From Stylophora pistillata (lineage: Eukaryota): a DNA stretch of 64,000 nt. Position numbers and translations under genes: made by a program. Every line of letters starts with the position of its first letter. The first letter of the stretch is position 1. Below, in pieces: positions 24,377 through 35,441 of the stretch. The DNA lies in NCBI RefSeq assembly GCF_002571385.2, contig NW_019217795.1, positions 1,324,715 to 1,388,714 on the forward strand, written 5' to 3'. A model generated the notes under the pieces. The model was not told the DNA's origin. It saw nothing but the letters and a program-made list of their open reading frames with translations, and did not search any database.

Positions 24377-27300
24377 TTTTTTTCCTCGTCGAAGCAGCAG
24401 AGCCAGCGAGTCAAAGCTCGTGTGTATCTCCACTCGAACACTTTCCGTGGGTTTGAGGACCGCAATGACAGCGTATTTATACAGCACCGAAGGAATGTCA
24501 GTAATTTTGTTTCTCTTGAAAACACTCATTCGACAAATCTGACCTCGCCGATGAACTCTCGCGTGACGGTTACGCGGTTTTTTTTCGTGCTGGCAGGTGC
24601 GGCGTGCAGCTCTGGAACCAATGAAACCCAAACAGACAGACTTGCGCAACTATGTAGGACAAATTTTGTCTCTTCTTATTCAAATAGCACATCTGTTGTC
24701 ACAATAAAAAAAGGTGTTCAGCTATTTGCGAACAATTGGCGCCGACAATTTCTCTGCGTGCGTAATGTGGTATGATTTATCGTTAGCGCTATGTATGCCG
24801 TCCGATTCTCTTGCGAAAATTGACCCACATTTATTCGTTGCGTCTCACGGAATAGTGATATTTCGTCTAAGCCTCTTTAGTTCAAGCACTACTTTCTTGT
24901 TATTTAAAGTTGTGCATGTGTTCCGTTCAAGTTTCAGTTGTCATCGCTGAAGAGTGAAGAGTTCTTGAAAAAGTTGTTAATCTGACGTTCCCGATTAAGT
25001 CGTGTTACTGATTTTCGCAAGGCCTAGCCACGAAAGCACACGATGCTTTGGTGCTTTGGGACCATGTTGTTAATCGTTTAAACAGATTTAAAACATAAGT
25101 GTTCAAGGACGCCAAAAATAGAGAAGTGCTAGACTTCTTTGCGGTGGTGTTTTTTCCACATATGTGCGTTGACGTATTTTTCGATCTTTTTTGCATGCCA
25201 CAGTATGTAGTCTGTTAAAAATAGCTATTGGCTTGCGCTTGTTTCTCACTGTGCTCTATATTTGGACTTTTTGATGGAATAAAAGCTCTCCTTTAGTGAT
25301 AAACCCATGTGCTTTGTTAAAAGAATGCACGAAGCCGAGTGAGAACATGAACAAGAGAACAACAACTGAAATCAAAGAGACCCTGCTTCGAGGAAGAAAA
25401 AAACAAAAAGGATCACTAGTACGAGAGGAAAATTCGTGCGTCTAGCAACTGTAGTCAACATCTAGAAAAATGAATTACGTTTAAAAGGGAAGTTTATGAC
25501 CAATAAAACTATTTATACAAACAGTGTTCATATTGAAAATAACATGTAATATCTACAGACATTTCTGATGGATTGTAAACAGCGATGAAGCTTGCGTTTA
25601 GAGCCTATTTTGGAGCCTATTGCTCAAAATATTCGTGTCCTATTTGAAGTTGTTCTCAAATGTTGCACATTCTCTGAAAGTTTTTGTTACGGCCTATCGA
25701 CTTTTAAGCATGTATTGTTCAAAACTAATAAGTGTAGGAGTTGGAGTATTGGTTGATAATGAAGTAGCTGTAAAAAGGAAAATTGAAGGTTCGGATACCA
25801 CATCCTCTTAAACTCTGAACTTTAAGAAACCTTTTCTGCATTTAAGATGATGGTTGGTTATAAAATAAACTGCCTTGATTCTTGCTATTTGTGAAACTCC
25901 AGAAATTCGGAGAGCGTACGGATTTTACACCAGAGCATATTTTCAAACAATGAACCTCAGCTCTAGTGATTTCCAAAAATCCAAGTCGCCTGAGGAAGTG
26001 TTTTGATGCAGCGTTCGCGTGACATCTGCTGCTTAACCCGGCTGTGTGTTCGTGCTGAAAACACNCTTATCTTGCACGCAATGATGACGGTGCAATCAAC
26101 AAACCCTTGATTCTTTTCACTCCTTTATTATTGTTTGACTCCGATCATTTGAAAATGTGTAATATTGGATTAAAACGCGACAAGATGAGACACAAGTTGA
26201 GAAAAAAAATCGTGATAACAACGAGCTAGACATTGATATGGGTTAATACCTCTCCACAGTTAACAGACATAACAATGCTATTTCGTCATCGCCTCTCAGT
26301 GACGGTGACCTACGTTGGTTCAAGAGGAGAGTCAAAGTTCCTGCATTCCTCATAAATAATACTTTATCGTTACCTTGGAAAATGCAAGGAATACGAAAGC
26401 ATGCTTTTGATGTCACCAACGTCATTTTTTTAGTCATTTGATTCAAATTAACATGATTCACTGATTTCTTAGATGCGTATATATAAATAAATGGTGTAAT
26501 GTTTATATTGTAGATTTTTAATACTTGTACAGTTTTAGGTTAATTATTGTTGTAATGCGCTTTTGACCACCTGGTATGTTAAAAGGCGCACTATAAACCA
26601 ATAAATTTTTATTAATATTATTCACTGCAGAATTCTGAAAGATTCGTCTGAGGCTTCCAAAAAAGGAAGATTTTTGTAGCCTTCCCGAGAGGCAGATTCT
26701 TCATAGAACAAAAAAGAGTCTTCTTTTACAGTCGAAAGAACATGTTTCTGCCGGGAAATACTAGTACATCTCGTCTAGTTTGTAACTTGTTTGTCGTAAC
26801 AAAGTTGCAACCCAAGTGCTCAATGAACCCTGTCTCTAAGCTGAACATGACCGGTCTTTCGAGTGAGACACCACTTAAGACACCTCTCTCCATTTTACAA
26901 CTGCAACAAGACTTATGATCTTGACTTTTTCTGCCATTTTGCTTGCTAAGTATACAATGATACATCGGATAGGAATTTCTTAATGAAAATACATCACGTC
27001 ATTTAATTAGTTCCCTACGTACGAAGTGATGGAAGGTGGTTTAAATAGTCCACTTAGATCTTAGTGCCTCTTGACTTTTAATTACCTTCAAACGCGTTGT
27101 AGAACTTACGCGATCCCGATAGCGCGCGCTCTCTTTGCAGAAACGTTTGTAAAAGGACACAAGCAGCTCTTTCTCATAGGTTACACGATTTATGAGGCTT
27201 CTTCAATTACACTCAAATGCATGTACCACATACGCTTCGAGGCCAAATAAAATATTGTAATTTGTACTTGTATAGTAATTTATTCATAGCTTCCCTTTGA

Positions 27301-27727
27301 GCAGATCAATGTTCCGACTTAGAACGTGACATTGAAACAGTACATTACCCACTATGCGTGGTCGTCACTAAGTGTTATATGAGGATCTGAGACCTGTAGT
27401 ATCAAAATAATAGTTACAATATGTATGTGTACTGTACAAAATTCTTCTTGTTTTACGACATATTCACACCAGACTTGAAGATTCATATATGCAACATCTC
27501 TTCCTTCAATTTTCTCTTTTGTTGAAACTCCTACAGAATATTGTCTTGGCGGTTTGATTCCTCCAGACAATGATCCTTCAAGATACTACTTAATTATCAG
27601 ACTGAAGTGGTCTGCGGTCAAAGTTAACATACACGCAGATTCAAATAATCCACGTGCGTCTCGCGTGCTAGAGCAGTCATTTGTCTAAAGTCAAACGTGG
27701 GTCCATCTTGTTTTCCCGCGAATTTAT

Positions 27728-29063
27728 CTACGCTCTGTGCCTAGTGGTTTTCGGATGAATTCTGATGCTCTGAAGCCGTTGTCTCACTTCCGTAAGATTG
27801 TAAAATGTGGGTCCCATCCCCCCTGCGTATTGTATTTGGTTCCTTTGAATGATGTAGAGTCTGATTGGCATACCAGCGTAAGCCTTGTTTGCATCATTCG
27901 CCATGGTGTCAACCACAACTGGACAGTTAAATTTCACTGAGTCCAACATCAACTTTGCAGCGCTACTCCTCTCTTCCTGAGTTTGGTGTTGGGGTATCGT
28001 GATGTTATTCTGCAAGACAAACCACATCATTGTGAGGACGATAGTCTCCCAGTGATCTTATATGGACAATGATGTTTGCCCTTAAGGTTTCTTTTCCTTT
28101 AGAGTTAAGTCGCTGTCTTAATTCTTTGAAAAAATTTGCATTAAGTGACGATTTAGAACGCAATGAAAATTTTGCCCCAAAGGTAATCAGTAGAGTTAAG
28201 ACTGCATTCGCTTTTTTTCCCGAACATTCTACGAATGAAAGGCAATTGTTTTGTTTTTGGGATAAATGTGTCTATCAGTGTGATCGTTACAAATAACATT
28301 GATTTGTATTACTAGTATTTCTTTATCTCGGTCTTTCTTATTAAAATATTTGTGAAACAATGAATCATCGACTCCTTAAAACTGACTAAATCCTTCAGTC
28401 AACAGAACGTAACCGGTATCAGCCAATCTTTCCTATGAAATACAGATGTGGCTTCTCGTTAAATTCATGTACTTGATGGCTTGACCTTGAAAGTAATAAT
28501 TTGAACTTGGCATTGCTGCTCACTTACATCAAAATCTCCTAATCTTTGGTATCTGATAACAGTCTATGGCATGCGCTCACCTCCAATTTCCAACCATTGG
28601 TCGGATGGGCTTCTTCAATGTATATCGTCAAGAAGTCGGCCACGTCACTGAATTCTTGCACAATGGAGAGGAACTCGTTCACCCTGTTCCTGAAAACAGG
28701 GCAGGTCCAACTGCCAAAGTTAACGACAAGAGGACGGTTACCTCTACAAAATTCTAAGAGACGGTAACGTGATTTTCCGTCTACGGAAATGAGCTGGGAG
28801 TCTGGAGCGATTTTTCCCCTAGAAGCTGTCTTCTGCAGTTCGAGTAGCATTGACGAGCGTTTGGAACTAAACATGGACCATGTGAATAGTGAATCCCAGT
28901 AGTCTTCCCTGGGCATTTGGATTGTCGAAATCCTGTTTACAAACTCTGAGATGATCCACTGTGCACAAGGAACGAGTTTTAATAGCCGCAACACTATAAA
29001 CGTTAGTAACAGCATTAAAGTCCCGAGGTAGTAGCAGAAAAACGTACACGTGCTGAAGATCAT
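27728..29063 (-). CDS. DIO: Iodothyronine deiodinase-like protein C, Cys-type (exons 29063-28581, 28009-27728; 254 aa)
   Basis: RPLVVNFGSWTCPVF (TGC at 28703-28701); YIEEAHPTNGW; same phase-0 intron; exon 2 NNITIPQHQTQEER...CPVVVDTMAN...YAGMPIRL...GGMGPTFY. Confidence 0.93.
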
Positions 29064-32000
29064 CTTAACGCATAAGAACTGCAGTGTTAACTGCACCGTG
29101 TCTGAGATTCAACTGGACCGAGAGCTTTACGAATTGCTTTTCACAGCGGGAGAATTTAAAGAATGTCTTTTATTGCGACCTCTTACGTGATTTTCACATT
29201 TTTTTTTAGTCACAGCTCGAGCGTGCAATGCGGAAAATAATTATTAGGAGCGGGAAGGGTATATCTTTAGCGAAGTCTTTGCTTCTTTAGCTATATTTGG
29301 CTCGGCTTACCTCTGGTATTTAGCGGTAACGCTTTTACAAACGAACTAAACACAACTGTTCGCAGCAGTAGCACTCGGCGTGCGCTAGACGCAGTGTTGA
29401 ATTGCAGGCCTGCACTCTCTTGTTAAGTATTTTTCAATGACCCCCATTTGTTCTCGAAGTTATGATGAGCACGCAACAAATTAGAATTTCTTTTTACCAT
29501 GACTAAAGATTTCTTATTCCATAAATCACTGTTAGAGGACAAAAATTTGATACGAAGCTGGCAAAAAATAATTACTCTCATCTGCATTTCAATGCGAGGG
29601 CACTTAAGAGCGTCTTGAAATGAAATAGCTAGAGGAATCAAAACTGAACTATCGATATTTCACGCTGCGATATAGTTTGCCAATAGTCCCACAATAGATA
29701 GTTTGCCGCCAAGTTTTGCGTGATTTTGAAGTTGTAAACAAATGTTATTTTCATCACGCGATGAATTGCACAAGACTCACGCGAAAGGAAGCGAAATTTT
29801 ACAGATACTCCGAAATGGTGCTCTTGGCTGTTTATTTTACAATTGCTCGAGGTTTTTGACATAAAGCGCAAATATTAAACACTTGCGTAACTGAACATAA
29901 TTGACTATTTGTGTGTCTTTTCCGTTGCAAAATTTCCTCACGGCATGACGCTCTTTTAAAGTAATCAAGAGTTTGCCCCAGTGCACATGTTGGCATGTTA
30001 GAAGCTGTCGCTACGCTCATTATGGTACGCTTTTAGACGGCAAATTGCGAAAACCCTGTTAAAGGCTTAATGAGTTTCAAAAATAGATAACCATCCTGAG
30101 ACATGCCGCGAGTCATAAATTAACTGCTCTTGGGATGCCCAAATGCAATAATGGATGAACCGCAAACTGATCGCCTAGCTCAGTTCTATAAGAAAAACCT
30201 CACCATCAGAAAAAATAACTCGTACGATAAATGATGACAGAGACTGTTTTTGTAAATTTGGCTTGAAGGTAAATTTCTGCAAGGCACGTTCAACACAGTG
30301 GAAGCAAGTTACTTGGGAGCAAGCGGCCTGTCTTATTTCCTGCTTTTCTGAAGCAGTGATAGCGGCGGAAGGAAGTTCCCATTTTGGCCGCGGCGTTGAA
30401 GCTGGGCGAAAACGCTTTTCTTGCACGTACACTTGCACTTCTCGTCGAAACAAATGGCTACGTGAAGCGGGGAAAGACTTTACTTAAATCATTTTTAAAT
30501 CATGTTTCAATTTTTAAGGTTAGAACACAAGAAAAAGAACACCATATCCGTTTTGATTTCCTCATTCAGTTTGTGCATAATTTGGTGAGCGGAAAAAGGA
30601 GAACGTGCTCTTACCAAGTCGTCTAGACGTAATTATTCAACCTTTAACGCCCTTTCGAGTGGCTCACATACGATGTTTGAAATTAAATTAACGAGAAAAG
30701 AACTACTCGGTGAATGAAAGGCAAAGAAGCCAATGTCAGTAACTGTACCTTTACGAAATCTTTATCTAGTTGTTACGTCTCGGATGGTCTCCATAATATG
30801 ACTGATACATGCTTTTTGCATACGACACGCGAACAGACCTTTTGTTCTATAATCAGCGTGCATAGTTCACTAACTTTGTCACCATCAGTTACCCTGAAGT
30901 TTTTACCACATGTTTCACTCAGTGAAGCTAAAGACTGCGAGAAAGTTCGTCAAACGCGACAAAATTAGATGACTTCGATCAAAATATATTTTGGACGCGG
31001 CTATGAGCTCGTTAAATCATTGACAATTAGTGAAAGTAGGGTCTCGAAAAGGTCTCTTGAGTGTGTTTTCTTCTTCCCCGCGGTTTTCTTTTATACGTCA
31101 GTGCTCCCATAGAAGTACGTGATTTATTGCTTTTACGAAATAAAAGGCAATTACTTAAAGGCTTTAATATGGCGACAATTCAAGAGCTCTTAAGCAGAAA
31201 GCCAGAGAGCCCAAAACACCGAATAATTGGGTGTGTAATCGTTTTTGCGAAGTATTTTGACGAATGCGGACTTTAAACCCTCGCAGAAATTATTTAAAGT
31301 GATTTAATACATGGTAATATAGACACCGCGAGTGTCACTTGCCTTTTGGCACGGGCCAAGGCAAATTTTTAAGGTAAACCACTACAGTGCCACAACTCAC
31401 ACGTCTTTTATAGTGAACTTCGTCAGCACGTAATGACGTAATCTCTAGATTTTTAAGTTTTTCTTCGAGCTGTTTAATAGAACTGAGTACTAATGAAACT
31501 GCGTACCCCGTGCAAAAGTTTATGGTAAGTAAGAAAAATACAGCACAATTCCTTCTTCAGTTCCTTTTATAACATTTTTTTTTTTTAATTAAAGTGAAAA
31601 ACGTTTTTTTTCCTCAATTTAAGAGTGCTCTTGACAATTCCGCCCTTAAATTCTCTGTTGCGGCTTTAGTAATTTTAATAATAAAAATATAGTGGCTGCC
31701 TGTATTATTCCATTCATTAGCTCTTTGCTAAGTTTGCGTCAGTTTTGCACATTCTGTTGCATAGGTACTGCAAAGACTGCTACCTCTATTATTTCAAATT
31801 TGTACAAATTAGAAGGGTTTGGGTGTGTCAAGTTAAACGTGGAAGGGACTAAAAATAACGCAAAGACACTTTCAAAAATTAACTCAATGGGACGGGTGGC
31901 AGATGTTCAATTAGACACGCTTGGTTAGGATCAGGCCATTTGACTTCTGATTAGGGGAGGTACGAAGATGCGTTGTCTCCTCCCATTTCTTAAGAGTCAA

Positions 32001-35000
32001 TTCGAGCAACCCTCTAGCACTTTTGTGTCACGGAGCTAAGCCAAAAATATTTTAAGATCGTAAAATGTAGAGTTTTTTCAATGAAAAGTGAGTGATCACC
32101 TTGTACCCAAAGTCAGCTGCAGTACACTGCTTTTGAATCGAACACCGTCTCTGGAGCGTAAACGGTAAGGTCTGCTGAAAGTTGCCTCTGAGATGCCGTT
32201 TTTAATCCTATGCGAACAAAAGGTTTATTGTGCGTGATTCAAATCGTATGGTGATTTACATTGATCAAATCTTGTGTACCTTGCGATGTCTCAGTTGCAA
32301 TTTTTTCTTTCTGTCACGACGATGGTGAAAAAAAACTAAGTTCTTCATCGTGTTATCGTTCGGTAATGGAAATGTTTGGATCATGAAGAGACTGGAAATA
32401 TTTCCTTCATACATATTCACATATTTTATTGTCGTGAGTGAAAAATAAAACGTAAAAAAAAAAAAATTATGCGCGAGTGGAATTTGAACTCATTTACCGT
32501 CTTGGGAAATACCGGGGTAGCGCTGTTACCTTCGATGTTATCAAGCCGGCAATAGGGCACAAGATGTTGCTTTAACTTTGCACACGCGTTAACGGGAACA
32601 TATGCCGGAAAAACAGGATGTTTAAATTGTGGAATAGAGATTCTATTAAAAGACAATCGCAGTTGTAAGTTCAATGCGAGAACCAATCGTCATGACCGAT
32701 CTGTTCAGCGGTCTGTGGCTCGATCATGAGCTGGTACCAGTAGTCGGGCACGAGATAAATCTTCATTAATTTCTATTTCAAATCGCATATGTTGCCGTTT
32801 TTTAAGCAGAGGAACGTTTTCGAATCCTTCTATCAAACTAAACCAGTTACTGGTCCAATTTTTACAAGGTCATTGAAACAATTCAATAGGCTACTGATCA
32901 ACTGATTGTATTGATACATTTATTCGTTCATTTCAACGATTTTCAAAACATTGAATTCTTACAGCAAGTCGTCTTTATTGAGCATTGTGTATTGTGACAG
33001 TTTTAGGTCTTGATAGTGAATTATTTTTCCATGGGTGCGCTAGCCAACCTTCGCCAAACAAGTTTGCATATCCCGTAATTTCTTCTAAAAAAGGAATCAA
33101 GGTTCTTTCTAAACCGGCCCTGGCATAAAGCCCAGTTCTACAAGTAGTTACGATGGGGTTTTTTCGGAAATTTGGCAACCTTCGAGGTCGCGAAATTCCT
33201 CAAACTCCCTTTGCAAATTTCATGATGATGTTTGCGTGCTTTTCAGAAGGGCTACAATCTCATTCACACATCAAGATAACTGTTTCTACAATTCGGAAAA
33301 TGAGAAATGTTGTAATTCCGGACAGAGGTGAACCCGGGTTAAAGAATTGTAAGGAAAAATATTACTAAAATTTTGATTTTGCGCAATTTTCGCAATTCTT
33401 TTCCATTTTCGTAGTGTCCTGTTGACATCTTGTTGGCATATTCTACAAGTGAACTTTGAGCATCAAAAATGTCTTGTAATCTTACAAAATTTCACCACTT
33501 CATTGATATCTGTAGCCACGTTTAACCTTAAACATATATTCCATCCTTGGTTTAGTTGATTTCTCTTTTACTTAGGCGTTTCTCACGTTCTATTAAGTTA
33601 TTCACAAAGGATTGGCACTCGATTAAAAGCTAAAAAAGAATGAAAAAACAGGGCTTTGCCTCCTTCTCAATACGCTTCTTACAACTTTTGGCATTTGTAT
33701 TCTCGCGTGATCCGTGGTCTGCTCTCAATTAGATCAACTTCTCCATAAAATTCTTATCACAGAGATTGATCTCTGCTAAATGATGATCCAAACCTCGTGA
33801 AATGTATCGTTTTGTTGACAATTCGGAAACCACCAAGGGTTTCATTCAGTCACGTTCGCTAAAGCAGTGATGACATGTAGAATTCAAGGTTATCTTAGTT
33901 ATGTGTCCTTAATCAGTTTTAGCCAACTTATTCGAGATCGGAGTGAAGGGGCGGTACGCCAGGTCAAATGCTCTTTATCTCAGGAATTTTGGGCAGGTTT
34001 GCGATTTTACCTCGCTGAAATACCATTCTTTCCAAAATACACCCACTGGTTTAAGAGCTCAAGTAAGTAACGAAACGTGCTTAATTTGGTGATCTATATG
34101 AGGTTTATTATGAGGCTTTATAGTATGCGTCGAATCGAAATAAATGGGGACCAAAGGTGACCTTAAAGTCTGACCACAAAGAAAAAACAAAACGTACTCC
34201 GAAACGATTCCCAGATTTAAGGAATCATAGATCAAAATAAGTTTGAAACACCATGAATGGACGACTTTAAATCAAACTATGTCGTGAAAGGGGGAATAAT
34301 TTGGGTCATTGTCTGCCCCTCTGACTACACCACAGTGCTAAGTTTGTTTATGCCCCCAGGGTGCATTCTTCTCACAATTATTTGGACGCAATTGAAATTA
34401 GACTTATTGAGCGAACGACGACGTAAACGTGTGCTGTAATTTCAGGGTAGCTTTTAGAACGAATTATAAAGAAGACAACGTGGTAGAAAAGAAATAAGCG
34501 TGGAATCAAGGCGAGGAATACTGTATAGCTGACCATTCTGTTCCATTGATTTGGGACGGTCTGTTACGAGACCAATGCGTCCATGATCCTGTTAGCAACT
34601 TAATTAGTTTAGGTGTATCAATGTGACAATCTTTTAGATCTTCTTGAAACGGCGGGTCTCCCAGCTAGAGTTGAGCAGTTAAGACAAGATTTTGTAACCA
34701 CAGGCTAGGGTATTATGTTCATAATTAAGTATGTAGTTTTGTTGAATTGGTAATTTTAATAGTTGATAGGTTTTGATTTCTCCTTTATCTCCTGTTTTGG
34801 AGGATCAGTTCAAATATGGAGTGGTTATTGTTTGCTTGTTCAACCATCAGTTGTACGTTTCCCTATTAGTTTTGTTCCAAAAAAACAAAATCAGTCATTG
34901 AGTTTGAAATTTACATGACTCGTTTCTTCAACAGTTGAAGGGCTTGACTTATGCAAGAAGACCAGGGAGACTACATTACCTTCCACAAAGGACATACCAA

Positions 35001-35441
35001 CAGAAATCATAGACTGCTTCCAACAATTAATTTAAAATAAACTTAAGCAAACCAGCCCCTTCCCTTTTCTACTTGTGGCTGACCTATGCAAGATTTATGC
35101 AAAGTACTACAAGACTCTAAAAAAGTCGCCCTTTNNNNNNNNNNNTGGGGGGGGGGCCAAAATTCGAGCCAACATTTTTTCTCATTTGTTGCCTAGAATC
35201 AAAGAAAACTGTAAACAGTATGCATTTCTCTGACTAAAAAACCTGCGATAAAGAAAACAGAAACTAATTCAGGCTTAAAATTACATGCTCTGTAACGCTA
35301 TCTAACGAAAGGGGTCTATAAGAAACTGGAAGGTTTAAACGATGGGCTTAGTAAAATAAGGGGAGAAGGGTTTAATAAGAGTGTTTGTGGTGTTCGAGCA
35401 ATCAATGCTTAGTTCTGTCTCCAAAAGCAACAGCTATATCA

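Noticed and set aside
24377-24649. 91-aa N-terminal extension of deiodinase B suggested by the ORF track
   Set aside because: Paralogues A and C start at the position matching Met 24376/24364; the extension shows no similarity to them and is probably 5' UTR.
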